Positions 54,002 through 63,730 of a stretch of DNA of 64,000 nt are shown in pieces (position 1 is the stretch's first letter; each line of letters opens with the position of its first letter). This stretch comes from a virus. The stretch covers positions 64,001 to 128,000 of IMG/VR virus record IMGVR_UViG_3300017605_001304; one strand, given 5' to 3'. The notes under the pieces are model-generated. The model searched no databases. It saw only the letters and a program-made list of their open reading frames with translations, and was not told the origin of the DNA. A program made the translations under genes and the position numbers.

Positions 54002-54539
54002 GGACGACCTCGTCACGTTCACGTCGTCGGGGCTCTCGTGCGCCGTCACGCGGAACGCGGAGCTCCGCTCGCTCTGTGGCTACGTTGCCGTCCCCGACGA
54101 CCACCCGCTCGCCTACGTCCATCCGACCTACTTTTTCTACCCTGAGCCCATCACGCTCACCGGGGATGAGCTGCAGGCACACGGCGGAATCACGTTCCGT
54201 GGCCGGGCGCAGTACCTCGCGAGGAGCCCATTCGGACGGAGGAAGTGCTGGGCCCTCGGCTTCGACGCCGGCCACGCCGGTGACGTCGTGCCTGGACTTC
54301 CTGACATGGCGCGGTTCGAAGATGCGAAGTACCGCACGGTTGAGTACATGGTCAAGCAGTGCGAGCGCCTCGCGAAGCAGCTCGCCGCGATCCCGCCGAA
54401 TCGGCCGAACCAGATCTGGCAGAAGCTCGCGACCCGGGTCGACGCCGTGATGCAGGGATGGGTCGCGATGGAGATCGGGCGGGAACTGCCACTGGCTCGA
54501 TCCTGCGAGATGTGGACGAATCGGATTCTGACCACTTAG
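53970..54539 (+). CDS. Conserved phage hypothetical (CGYV...HP...HGGITF...GFD.GH.GD family)
   Basis: Recognisable motif string. Confidence 0.7.
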   Translation: MANPKQPWEGEDDLVTFTSSGLSCAVTRNAELRSLCGYVAVPDDHPLAYVHPTYFFYPEPITLTGDELQAHGGITFRGRAQYLARSPFGRRKCWALGFDAGHAGDVVPGLPDMARFEDAKYRTVEYMVKQCERLAKQLAAIPPNRPNQIWQKLATRVDAVMQGWVAMEIGRELPLARSCEMWTNRILTT

Positions 54540-54997
54540 TCCGCTTCAGGTCGAGTCGCGAGCTCGGCCTGTAACGCGTGAAGAAGAGCCTGCAGCTCCT
54601 TAACATCTTCGTCGCGGTCTGGCCACTGTGAGACTTCCTTGAGAAGTCGCTCGGCTTCTAGCTCCGCCTGAATGAGGTCACCGACTCCAAGATCTTCTAG
54701 CCGGTTGTTCGCAACGGCATAGAGGCCGGAGAACTGGCCGCTGTGCCAATATCCCGCGATGCGGTGGATGTTGCTGTCATGCTCAGTGCCTTTACGTGCT
54801 ACAAATGCTGCGAACTCGTCGTCGCCGACCGTTCTGCCCTTGACTTTCTCTTGCGGAGCCAGCTCGTACGCTGCGAAGTCGTCGGGCTCGGCTGGATCAT
54901 CGAGAAAGCCGAACTCAGGATCCCATCCCTCCAGCAAGATCTCCTTCACCCGCTTCAGGATCTCATCGGCGGTTCTCTGCGTCACTGCGAGCTCCAT
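54536..54997 (-). CDS. Acidic protein with tag-like N-terminus
   Basis: EILKRVKEILLEG; start uncertain (54997 or 54985). Confidence 0.55.
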   Translation of the reverse strand: MELAVTQRTADEILKRVKEILLEGWDPEFGFLDDPAEPDDFAAYELAPQEKVKGRTVGDDEFAAFVARKGTEHDSNIHRIAGYWHSGQFSGLYAVANNRLEDLGVGDLIQAELEAERLLKEVSQWPDRDEDVKELQALLHALQAELATRPEAD

Positions 54998-55586
54998 CCC
55001 ACGCGGACAAGAAGCTCGTCCACGGGAAGTTGTTGACGGCCACGATGAACCCCTTGGGGATCTGGGGGAGCGTGGCGCGCTGCCCGACTTGCAGGGCAGC
55101 GAGACCTGGGGCGTAGTCCTTGGGGACGTCCGCCACGAGGAACGGGAACTCGGGATGAAGAACACGTCCGACGCTGCAGGAGACGACGCGTTGAAACCGC
55201 GGCCGCAAGCCTTCCATGCGGATGCCGTCGACCAGCCGAATGCGGTTCTCGTTGCGCATCGCGAAGTTCGCGAAGATCCGTGTGCAGCCGACCTCGACCG
55301 AGCGCAGGAACTTCTGCTCGTCCAGCAGACGTAGCGCATCCGTGATGCGCTGCGCACAAGCGCGGTCGACCTTGCCGAAGAACTGCTCGCAGTAGTACGC
55401 GAGCTGGCGAGAGTTGCGACCGGGGTGGCCGTAGAAGACGCCCTCTACAGCCACCCGACCTGCGAGCTCGTAGATCTCGGGCGACTCGATCGCTCCAGAG
55501 AGCTTGAGCCCAATGCCCAGCAGGCGGACGAGGCTCAGTTTCGGTGCGGCAGCAGTCTGCATGGAGGATCGAGGCTCCGGGTTCAT
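54963..55586 (-). CDS. Hypothetical protein
   Basis: ATGA overlap with the upstream gene. Confidence 0.55.
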   Translation of the reverse strand: MNPEPRSSMQTAAAPKLSLVRLLGIGLKLSGAIESPEIYELAGRVAVEGVFYGHPGRNSRQLAYYCEQFFGKVDRACAQRITDALRLLDEQKFLRSVEVGCTRIFANFAMRNENRIRLVDGIRMEGLRPRFQRVVSCSVGRVLHPEFPFLVADVPKDYAPGLAALQVGQRATLPQIPKGFIVAVNNFPWTSFLSAWDGARSDAENRR

Positions 55587-56005
55587 GCGTCGGCAGCAGT
55601 CTCAGCAGCCGCGGCGGCCGCGCGCTTGCGCAGCCACGCCACGACGGTCACGATGATCAGCGTAGCGATTCCACCGGTCCCGTCATCGGGCGTGTCGCCT
55701 TCGGGCGGCTCGACCGGCGGACTCTCCGCGGCCGGCTCCGTCTTCGGCATGAGCCCGAGCGTCGCGTTGATCTGTTGCAGGTCGTCGTGCACGTGGGACA
55801 TCTGCTCGTACGCCTGCGCCTTGGGGGCGCTCAAGTTCCACGTCAACGCAGCCCAGCCCGATTCTCCCGACGAGTTGACGTCGGTCTTCCAGGCGGGGCT
55901 GTCATACCGGCCCCAGTCATGGCCGTAGCCGACCGTGAGCGAGTCCGGGATAGCCGAGCCACATCCCCCGAGCAGGAGCACGGGGATAAGACTCAGCGCA
56001 CGCAC
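55583..56005 (-). CDS. Lipoprotein with C-terminal TM segment (unimolecular-spanin-like)
   Basis: MRALSLIPVLLLGG-C lipobox; C-terminal GIATLIIVTVVAWL-RKR; follows a holin-like gene. Confidence 0.6.
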   Translation of the reverse strand: MRALSLIPVLLLGGCGSAIPDSLTVGYGHDWGRYDSPAWKTDVNSSGESGWAALTWNLSAPKAQAYEQMSHVHDDLQQINATLGLMPKTEPAAESPPVEPPEGDTPDDGTGGIATLIIVTVVAWLRKRAAAAAAETAADA

Positions 56006-56006
56006 G

Positions 56007-56237
56007 TCAAGGCTTCTTCGGAGCGGCAGCCGTGTCCGCAGAGATCTTGGCGAGCGTCGCGCTCTTCTGGAAGTCGGCGATGCCCTGTGCGCCCATATAG
56101 ACGAGCACGAGCTTGATGATCGAGTCCGTACGTTCGGCCGGGATGCCGAGCTTCTGGCCGTAGGCGGTGAGCACGAGGCCCACGATGGCCGCGATCGCCT
56201 TCTTGCTTTCGAGGAAACTCTTGAGCGTGTTCCACAT
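56007..56237 (-). CDS. Holin-like small membrane protein
   Basis: 76 aa; SKK-AIAAIVGLVL...LVLVYMGAQGIAD; two hydrophobic segments and a basic C-terminus. Confidence 0.65.
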   Translation of the reverse strand: MWNTLKSFLESKKAIAAIVGLVLTAYGQKLGIPAERTDSIIKLVLVYMGAQGIADFQKSATLAKISADTAAAPKKP

Positions 56238-56261
56238 GCGGAGGTTGTCCTTGTGAAAGAC

Positions 56262-56320
56262 CGGGGCCCCGACCGGCGGGGTGCCAAGCCGGAGGAGCAG
56301 CTTGACGGGTCGGGGCCCCG
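56262..56320 (-). other. Nested hairpin in the leader of the holin-like gene
   Basis: 13-bp inverted repeat CGGGGCCCCGACC/GGTCGGGGCCCCG enclosing a CAAGC/GCTTG stem with a CUCCUCC loop. Confidence 0.55.
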
Positions 56321-56328
56321 TGAGACCA

Positions 56329-59300
56329 TCAGTCCTTGGTGCCGAACATCTTGCGACCGAGCACGAGGTCGATCGCATTCGCGTCAAGACCGAAGTACGG
56401 CGCGATCTTGAGCGAAGGGATGCCCTGCTCGCCCATCCCCTGCAGAGCCGCGAAGCCCTGCTCGGAGAACTCCATCTCGTAGCCCGCGGCGCGCAGCCGC
56501 GACGTCGCCTGAGCTGCGGAACCGGCCGGACCTTCGAGCGGCGCACCGCCCTGGCTCGGGTTCTGGCCCGCCTCTTCCTCGCGCAGCTCCTTCAGCACTT
56601 CCTTCACGTCGGGATCGCGCAACAGGTCCGCGGTGATGCTCTTCGGCCGCGTCCCTTCGCGCATGCGGAACTTGCGGTTGATCATGCGTGTTGCGAGCCC
56701 CTCTTCGTTGGATTCGGCCACGTTGGCCGGTGCCGCATCTTTGTTCTCGTACGACGGATGCGGGTACTGGAACATCGCCAGCGCCTTCGGGCCGCCGTGG
56801 CCCGCCTGCGCCGCCTGATCACGGAAGTGGCTGTAGAGCTCTTCGAGCTCCTGCTTCCACGTGTAGAACTCCGGCCGCATCTTCACGCCGGGCTTCTGCT
56901 CGGCCTGCTTCATGCGGCCGAGCATGTCCTGAATCTCACCCATGATTCGCTGGATCTGGTCCGGCTGCATCTTGCTCGGGCCGTACTGCGCGTACATGCC
57001 GAGGCCGGTGGTGTTGCCGAGGTGCCAGTCCTTCGCGAGCTGCAGCACGCGCTGGTCGCGCTTCATGCGCTGCTCGACCGCGAAGTTGTGGTCCTGCACC
57101 TTGCGCTGATCCGCGGCCGCAGCCCGACGCTGCTTGAACCAGTCCATGCCGCGCTGGATCAGGCCCGGCCGCGGCGGCGCCGAGAAGGCGTTGGCCGCCT
57201 GCGCGACGTCGACGTGAGCGCCCGGCGGCTTGGGCGCCGGGATGCCGGGGTCTGTCTGATTGGCCGTCGCAAGGTTCGGGTCCATGCCGACGTTGCCGCC
57301 AGGACGGACGGGGACCGGGCCCTTCGGGGGGCCTCCGAACGCCTTATCGATCCCCTGCGCCATCTCTTCCGGAGACCCCTTCTGGGGCGCTGGCTGGCCC
57401 TGAGACGGGTCGAACGAGAAATTGACGCCCTGGGCATCCCCGCTCGGCTGACCCTTCTGGCGGGCCCGCTGCTGCGCCATGGCCGCAGCACCCTTCAGAA
57501 CGCTCTGATCCCGCGCCATCGGGCTCTTGTAGCCGCCCGAGGAGCCCTTACCGCGCATCCGGTACTGCCCGGCCTCGTCCAGCTCTTCCGCGGGCGGATC
57601 GAGCGGGAGGTCGATCAGGGCCGGACCGAGGTCCCTGGCACGCGCCAGGAAGGCCGGAGCGGTGTCCTGCTTCGTGTGCGCGAGCGCGATGACGTCTCGC
57701 TCTTCCGTGAGCCCGAAGACCACGTAGGGCCGCACGGTGAGCTCGACCGGCTCGCCCTCGGCCGTGAACGCCTGGAAGCGCTGCTTGGGCGTGATGATCG
57801 CGCCCTCAGCCACGGCGGGGTCGTTGGTCGGCTGGTCGGCCTTGGCGAAGTACGCCAGCGCCTGCCACGCCTTGTGCTCGATGTCGATCGTGGCGCGGAC
57901 GCCCGGCTTGATCCCGTGCTTCAGGAGGGCGCGGCTCAGGTAGGGCCGCAGCACCTGGGACATGTCCGGTTCCTGGCCCTCGACCGCGTTCGGAAGAGCC
58001 GGCGGCCACTCACCGTAGACGCCGGACTTCACCTCGCTCACGATCTCGTCGATGGTGTTCTCGTTGCGCAGGTCCTGCGAGACGCCCGGCGGCATCTCGG
58101 AGTGGTCGACGCCGAGAGCCGGCGGAGCGTTCGGGTCGATCGCCCCCATGGGGTCCTGCGCAGGCTCCTGCCCAAGCAGGTCGTTCGCCTCGGTCTTCCC
58201 CGCCGTCTGCTTCGCACGCGACTTCGCGATCGCGTTCTGCGCGTCCTTCTCCAGGCCCTTGCTCTTCGCGTGGCCAAGAAGGTCCGCGAGCTCTTCGTGA
58301 TCTTCCGGCGATGCGTCACCGCTCGCCGTCTTCTTCCCGAGCTGGTGGATCTTGATCAGCAGGTCGGCCTCGTCGCGACCAACGAAAGCGCCGGACGCGG
58401 TGGACGTCGCTTCGTCCTTCTCGTCAGCATCGTCGGGGTGGTCGTGGTACGTGCCGCTGTCCGGGCACTCTGCGTCAACACACTGACCCGGCCCCTCGTC
58501 TGTTGATCCGTTGAGCGCGCGACGCCGCTGTCGCGCCGCGACATCTGCTTCCTTCCTCGCCTGCGGGAAGAGCTCCCTAGTCCGGCGCTTCTTTGCCTCC
58601 TCAACGACTTCACTCTCGGACTTCTTATGCTGCGATTCCGTATGTCCGCAGTCACAGGTGTGATCGCCGCTGCCGTCGTCGTCATCATCCATGAACTTGT
58701 CACAGTCGCACTGCGTACACTTGCCGTAACCCTCGGTGACAACTTCACTCTCGGACTTCTTGTCGCAGTTGCAGCAGCCATCCGCACAGCGGTCGCACCG
58801 CTGGCACAGATCAGCGGCACTCTGTTCCTTAGCGCCGCATGCCTCACACTTCTTGCTGCTCTCGTCCGAGCACTTGCAGGGGTCCTTGATGTTCACGCCC
58901 GGCTTGAGTTTGCCGCAGGTCTTGCAGCGCGGCCGGGACGTCGGAACGGAGTCCCGGACGATCTTGTACTCAGTCTTCAGCGTGAACGGGCCGTGCGCCT
59001 CGGCCGTCCGCGGGCTCCAGGAGCCGGCGAACTGGACCATGTGCTCGGCCTTCTCGACCGGCAGGACGAAGCCCGGACGATTCATGGAGTCGAAGTAGGG
59101 CTTGCCGAGGCCCCACGCGTACCCGAAGGACTCCGCCATCTCGACCGCACGCTCGCCCGTCTCGTTCGGGAACATCAGGAACGTGAAGCCGTCCGGCAGG
59201 CGCGTGAGCTCATCGCTCGCTTCGACGGGAGCCTCGGACAAGACCGTCCCTTGAAAGCGACCACGCACGACCTCGCAGGCCGTTTCGTAGTAGCCCTTCG

Positions 59301-60969
59301 AGACGTTGACGGTGTAGACGCGCGGGTCGCCCTGCTGCACTTCGAGCTTCTCGCTCGGGCGACGATGCGCCGGCAGGGTCTTGTACCACTCCTCGACGCG
59401 CGAGACCTTCGAGCGTGACTCGAACTGGAGCTCCGCGCTCTCGATGTGCTTCACCGCGGTCGCACGCAGGATGTTCGTCGCGGCCTGAGCCGGCGGCGCC
59501 AGCGCCTTGTGCAGCGGGTTCAGCGGGTGGTCCGTGTGCGACGTCTGCAGGAGGCCCGGCTTCGCCTCGTAGCGGCCGAAGTTCTCCTGGCTCGTCGCCT
59601 TGACCGCGCCGGTCTTCACGTTCTTGACGGTGATCGTGGCCGGCTTGCCCGGCAACTGCTCCGACACCGCCGAGATGATCCAGTCGTCCTGCTGCGGATC
59701 GTCCTTCAGCTTGACCCGCTCGCCGATCTTCGGCGGAGCGTTGGGGTCGAGCGGGATGTCCTCGTGGACGTCGGACTCCTTCTTGTCCGACTTGACGAAC
59801 GGCTTCGGGCTCTCGCGACAGGTCTTGCAGTAGCGCTTGCCCATGAAGAAGCCAGTCTTCGCAGGCAGCGGTCCGCCGCACTGATCGCACTTCCTCTCGT
59901 CCTTCGCCTCGTAGGAGAGGATCTCCCCGTTCGTGAAGTCGTCGGGGTTGGTGAGGTCTTCCTTCTTCCGTGGCGCGTCGGCCGAGCGCTCGTATTCCTG
60001 GATGCGCTGGTCGGTCCAACCGTGGTCGCGCAGGAACTTCCGTGCCTGCTCCTTGTTCATGCCGCCCATGACGTTCGCTGCGGCGTCGTTCATCAGCAGC
60101 GTGCCCTTCGCGATCTTGAGCTGATGCTTCTCGGGCACGCCCTCGTCCAGCACGGGCTCGTTCAGGAGGCGGCTGTAGACGCGGCGCTCCTCGACGCGCG
60201 AAAGCGTCGTCATCTTCTGGCAGCCCTTGCAGACCAGCCGCGCACGGTGCTCGCGCATCAGCATGATCGCTTCGGACTTGCACTTGTCGCAAGACACGTC
60301 CTGGACCTGGACCGGCTCGTGGCCCTCCTTGTCCTCGGACTTCTCCTTCACGCGGATCTGGAAGGTGCCGAGCGCGACGTCGTCCTTGGGACGCTTCAAG
60401 AGCTCCGCCACGCCCTGACGGTCGAGCATCGCGAGCGCCTGCTCGACCTTGTCGTCGGTGATCTGGTCGTTCAGGTAGACGTAGACGTCGTCGGTCTTGT
60501 CGTCGATCTCGACGTCGACGAGGTTGGCATCGAGGCCCGCCTCGACCAGCGCCGTCATGACGGAGGTCGCGAGCTCGTCGACGTCCTCCTTCAGGACCGG
60601 CGCGCCGTTCATCAGGCGCGAGATGTTCGCGACCGAGACGTCCTCGCTGTAGAGCTTGATGATGGCCTGCAGGCGCTCGCTCAGTGGACGTGGAGCCCCC
60701 GCCCGCATGACGCGGATCGCCTCGACCGAGTCCATCACCGAGGTGAAAGACTCCGCCTTCGGCTTGTCGGTGAGACGCTCGTACTCGGGGGACTTGCGGA
60801 AGTCATCGAGAACGTGACGACGGTTCTTGTGGACGAGGTCGTCGTTCTGCGACCACTTCTGGCCGAACTTAAAGCCGTTGACCGACTTGAAATCGGCCTG
60901 TGGAGACTTGGGCATGCGATAGACCGGCTTGTCGGTCTCGAAGTCGACATCGAGCTCCAAGAACTCCAT
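56329..60969 (-). CDS. Giant modular acidic protein with several Zn fingers (putative head-internal polyprotein)
   Basis: ~1546 aa; at least 5 Cys clusters; many E-S/E-A/E-G/E-D linkers; start uncertain. Confidence 0.65.
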   Translation of the reverse strand: MEFLELDVDFETDKPVYRMPKSPQADFKSVNGFKFGQKWSQNDDLVHKNRRHVLDDFRKSPEYERLTDKPKAESFTSVMDSVEAIRVMRAGAPRPLSERLQAIIKLYSEDVSVANISRLMNGAPVLKEDVDELATSVMTALVEAGLDANLVDVEIDDKTDDVYVYLNDQITDDKVEQALAMLDRQGVAELLKRPKDDVALGTFQIRVKEKSEDKEGHEPVQVQDVSCDKCKSEAIMLMREHRARLVCKGCQKMTTLSRVEERRVYSRLLNEPVLDEGVPEKHQLKIAKGTLLMNDAAANVMGGMNKEQARKFLRDHGWTDQRIQEYERSADAPRKKEDLTNPDDFTNGEILSYEAKDERKCDQCGGPLPAKTGFFMGKRYCKTCRESPKPFVKSDKKESDVHEDIPLDPNAPPKIGERVKLKDDPQQDDWIISAVSEQLPGKPATITVKNVKTGAVKATSQENFGRYEAKPGLLQTSHTDHPLNPLHKALAPPAQAATNILRATAVKHIESAELQFESRSKVSRVEEWYKTLPAHRRPSEKLEVQQGDPRVYTVNVSKGYYETACEVVRGRFQGTVLSEAPVEASDELTRLPDGFTFLMFPNETGERAVEMAESFGYAWGLGKPYFDSMNRPGFVLPVEKAEHMVQFAGSWSPRTAEAHGPFTLKTEYKIVRDSVPTSRPRCKTCGKLKPGVNIKDPCKCSDESSKKCEACGAKEQSAADLCQRCDRCADGCCNCDKKSESEVVTEGYGKCTQCDCDKFMDDDDDGSGDHTCDCGHTESQHKKSESEVVEEAKKRRTRELFPQARKEADVAARQRRRALNGSTDEGPGQCVDAECPDSGTYHDHPDDADEKDEATSTASGAFVGRDEADLLIKIHQLGKKTASGDASPEDHEELADLLGHAKSKGLEKDAQNAIAKSRAKQTAGKTEANDLLGQEPAQDPMGAIDPNAPPALGVDHSEMPPGVSQDLRNENTIDEIVSEVKSGVYGEWPPALPNAVEGQEPDMSQVLRPYLSRALLKHGIKPGVRATIDIEHKAWQALAYFAKADQPTNDPAVAEGAIITPKQRFQAFTAEGEPVELTVRPYVVFGLTEERDVIALAHTKQDTAPAFLARARDLGPALIDLPLDPPAEELDEAGQYRMRGKGSSGGYKSPMARDQSVLKGAAAMAQQRARQKGQPSGDAQGVNFSFDPSQGQPAPQKGSPEEMAQGIDKAFGGPPKGPVPVRPGGNVGMDPNLATANQTDPGIPAPKPPGAHVDVAQAANAFSAPPRPGLIQRGMDWFKQRRAAAADQRKVQDHNFAVEQRMKRDQRVLQLAKDWHLGNTTGLGMYAQYGPSKMQPDQIQRIMGEIQDMLGRMKQAEQKPGVKMRPEFYTWKQELEELYSHFRDQAAQAGHGGPKALAMFQYPHPSYENKDAAPANVAESNEEGLATRMINRKFRMREGTRPKSITADLLRDPDVKEVLKELREEEAGQNPSQGGAPLEGPAGSAAQATSRLRAAGYEMEFSEQGFAALQGMGEQGIPSLKIAPYFGLDANAIDLVLGRKMFGTKD

Positions 60970-61089
60970 CTCTTCCCTATCCATGTACGCAAGCTCCAAC
61001 GGCGCCAAGGCGCGAGGATGAAGACATCGACGCAGCGTGACCGGTGAACACGAGCGCCCGCTGATGCAGCGGGGGAAACGGCGAGCACG

Positions 61090-61470
61090 CTAGGTCGACG
61101 GCGAGTTCGAGGACGGACGTTGCGGAGGCGTCCCAAGCTGGAAGCGGCCCTTGCAGACGTCCGTCAGGATCGATTGCGGCGGGTAACAGGTGACGAGTTT
61201 GATGCAGTCCGCCGCGGCATAGAGAGCAAGGTTGCGGATGCGCAGCCAGTTCTGGATCGAGCGAGCGCCCGGCACGTGCCACATGAGGTTGCACTCAACG
61301 GCCGCGGTGAGCAGCGTCGGGGCGAATCCTTCGTCATGCACCTCGACCAGACGACTCGGCGACAGGTAGGCCACGCTCAAGAGGGGCCACACCTGTCGGA
61401 GCACCAGATAGGCCGGCGAACGGTCCGGGCTGCCCAGGACCAACGCCAACGTCCGGGACGGACGTTCCAT
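61090..61470 (-). CDS. Hypothetical protein
   Basis: Fills a gap; overlaps the upstream ORF. Confidence 0.4.
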   Translation of the reverse strand: MERPSRTLALVLGSPDRSPAYLVLRQVWPLLSVAYLSPSRLVEVHDEGFAPTLLTAAVECNLMWHVPGARSIQNWLRIRNLALYAAADCIKLVTCYPPQSILTDVCKGRFQLGTPPQRPSSNSPST

Positions 61471-61663
61471 TGTTGTAGTTCCAGAGGGGCCGCGCGACGA
61501 GGACGACTTGACACGCACACGAACGGACCCACGGCGCGTGGATGACGTTGCACTTGGGGCAGATCCAGCCGGTTGGCTCGACGTCGTAGCGACGAAAGTG
61601 AAACTCGCCGCAGCGACAGGGCGTCAGGCCGTGGATGCTGCAGACCGGGTCGCCGGTGCTCAT
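61334..61663 (-). CDS. Cys-rich small protein
   Basis: GWICPKC...APW...CAC. Confidence 0.55.
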   Translation of the reverse strand: MSTGDPVCSIHGLTPCRCGEFHFRRYDVEPTGWICPKCNVIHAPWVRSCACQVVLVARPLWNYNNGTSVPDVGVGPGQPGPFAGLSGAPTGVAPLERGLPVAESSGRGA

Positions 61664-61941
61664 GTCGTCACTCCTGCCCTGGCTTTGCGGATCGCGTGCA
61701 GGATGGTCGACTGCACGAACGCCCGTTCATCCCGACGCCCGCCGACGTAGCCGATGACGATCGCGTCCAAAACGAGTGCAGCCAGGATCTCTTCCTGGCT
61801 GCCTCCCTGCGCGACCTGTTCTTTCACCAGCTCGGGGATGTCGAGCTTCATGCCCTCGATGAACAGCCGCGCGAGGTCGATGTCGCGCCTCTCCACTTCC
61901 CCCGACATCCCGAGGAACTTCTCGCGCAGCTTGCTGGGCAT
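61660..61941 (-). CDS. Hypothetical protein
   Basis: AAGGAG SD. Confidence 0.6.
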   Translation of the reverse strand: MPSKLREKFLGMSGEVERRDIDLARLFIEGMKLDIPELVKEQVAQGGSQEEILAALVLDAIVIGYVGGRRDERAFVQSTILHAIRKARAGVTT

Positions 61942-61950
61942 GCCTTCTCC

Positions 61951-62805
61951 TTATGCGACGGCTCCATTCTGGAGGCCGTGCTTCTTCAAGTCCTTCCACC
62001 CGAGCTGAGTCTTCTTCGCGGCGTAGCGCTCCGGCCGGACCTGCCGGCTGACGTTCACGTAGCGGCGCTCGATCTTGTCGTAGACCCACTCGCTCGACGG
62101 GTTCGGCTTCGTCAGCCACATCTCGACCAGCAGGGTGCCGTACACGTTTCGCTGCCCGAGCTTCGGCTGCTTGGGGAACGGCCGGAAGTCGACGCGGTAC
62201 CAGATGCCGTCCAGGAGCTGGAACTCCGTCTTCGCATCGACTGCGATCTGGGTCACCCGTGCCGGTGGTGGCCGGCCGAGCGTCTTCCCCCAGACCGTCT
62301 TCTTGTTCTCCGTCAGGACCCCGGTCTTGGGGTGCACGTAGAAGAGCCAGAGGCTGCCGTCGACCGGATACTCCGCGCCCGAGGCGCCCGACGAACTCCG
62401 GAAGCTGCGGAACGCGTGCTTGTCCGAGATCCAGACCTTCTTCGTCTGCTTCTCGATGAACGTGTTCACGGCGACGTAGCCGTCCACGTGCTCGCGGATG
62501 TGCCGCTGCTGCGTGCTGTCGAGCTTCACGTGCTTGCTGATCTCGGCCTGGACCTTGTTCCACGGCCTGCCGCAGTTCGTGCGGAGGAAGCGGATCAGCG
62601 GACTCAGGTGGTCCGAGAGCTCCTTCTCGCCGCCGGCCGCCTTGTACGGCTTGCGCATGCCCTCGCGGGTCGGCGGGTCGTGCCGCTCGTCAGCCTCGTC
62701 GTCGTCCCCGAGCTTGCGCTTGAAGCGGACGTGCCGGTACTTCAGGCCGCCGTAACCCGGGTGACGCGGACGCTCTGTAAGGACCTTGCTGAAGTCAGCG
62801 CGCAC
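61951..62805 (-). CDS. Conserved basic hypothetical protein
   Basis: MRADFSKVLTERPR...LSPL.RFL..NCGRPWNKVQAEI; AGGAG SD. Confidence 0.7.
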   Translation of the reverse strand: MRADFSKVLTERPRHPGYGGLKYRHVRFKRKLGDDDEADERHDPPTREGMRKPYKAAGGEKELSDHLSPLIRFLRTNCGRPWNKVQAEISKHVKLDSTQQRHIREHVDGYVAVNTFIEKQTKKVWISDKHAFRSFRSSSGASGAEYPVDGSLWLFYVHPKTGVLTENKKTVWGKTLGRPPPARVTQIAVDAKTEFQLLDGIWYRVDFRPFPKQPKLGQRNVYGTLLVEMWLTKPNPSSEWVYDKIERRYVNVSRQVRPERYAAKKTQLGWKDLKKHGLQNGAVA

Positions 62806-63010
62806 CGAACGATCTCCTGAAAGACTCCATCGGCAGGACTTCCTCGATGATCTCGCTGCCGATCGTCACGAAGACGGCGTACGGTCCATCGCAGAAATCG
62901 AGGGGCCTTGCACGGCGCAGGAACGTGCGCTCGACGAGCTCACGATCCCACATCCAAGTCAGGACACGGCGCAGCACCATCCCGTCGGGCGAGGGAAGCG
63001 GGCAATTCAT
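62795..63010 (-). CDS. Hypothetical protein
   Basis: In-operon ORF. Confidence 0.45.
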   Translation of the reverse strand: MNCPLPSPDGMVLRRVLTWMWDRELVERTFLRRARPLDFCDGPYAVFVTIGSEIIEEVLPMESFRRSFGAR

Positions 63011-63185
63011 CGGAGAGGTCCAAGGCTCGGTAGCACCCTGAAGCGAATGAAGTTCGAGAGGGCAGCCGCTCCGACCATGTTCCGCATGTACGGGCTACGG
63101 CCGAGCATGCCGCCCGGGATCGTGCCGTACAGCGGATGCTGCGTGTACAGCCGCGTGATCCGCCAGTGGTGGCGGATCACCTTGC

Positions 63186-63422
63186 TCACTGCCACGGGGC
63201 GGTCCTCCACCACCGGTCGCGCCACGGGGTCGGCTCGCGCTGCGTGACGAGCTCGACCACACAGCGTTCGAGTTGGCGCGCGCCGCGGTTGAGCGCGTCG
63301 GCACGATGCGGCGGGAACAGCCGAAGCTGCAGCCGGAGGTCCATGAAGGCGTTCCGCCACGGGCCTTGGAGCCAGTGCGAGCACATCCCGAGACGGTGGG
63401 CGACGACGCGGCTGCTCAGCAC
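63186..63422 (-). CDS. Hypothetical protein
   Basis: GAGGAG SD before GTG. Confidence 0.4.
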   Translation of the reverse strand: MLSSRVVAHRLGMCSHWLQGPWRNAFMDLRLQLRLFPPHRADALNRGARQLERCVVELVTQREPTPWRDRWWRTAPWQ

Positions 63423-63730
63423 TCGGGGTCTCCTCGGTCCAGGCTCGCGCGATGTTTCTCGATGCGGGAGAGGATCTCCGGGATCCGGAGCGGCTTCATG
63501 TCCGAGACGTCGACGTCGAACTCGACGTAGATCGCCTTGACCATCTCCTCGGTCGAGCGCTCGTCGCTATCGAAGTCCGAGACGCAGGACTCGTCCGTCA
63601 TCAGGACCCCTTCGGGATCCACCCCGATGGCGAGCTCAACGAACTCGTCGACCAGATCGAGCGGGAACTGATCGAGCTTCACCGTCGGAGCGAACACGAT
63701 CTCGGGGTCTTTCGGGATCTCGCTATCCAT
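63416..63730 (-). CDS. Acidic hypothetical protein
   Basis: Codon bias; MTDESCVSDF. Confidence 0.6.
   Translation of the reverse strand: MDSEIPKDPEIVFAPTVKLDQFPLDLVDEFVELAIGVDPEGVLMTDESCVSDFDSDERSTEEMVKAIYVEFDVDVSDMKPLRIPEILSRIEKHRASLDRGDPEC

Noticed and set aside
30000-61047. Very long plus-strand ORFs (30000-32861, 35579-38500, 38881-40851, 56281-58506, 59446-61047)
   Set aside because: They are antisense shadows of real GC3-rich minus-strand genes, with R/V/L/H-rich composition and no motifs
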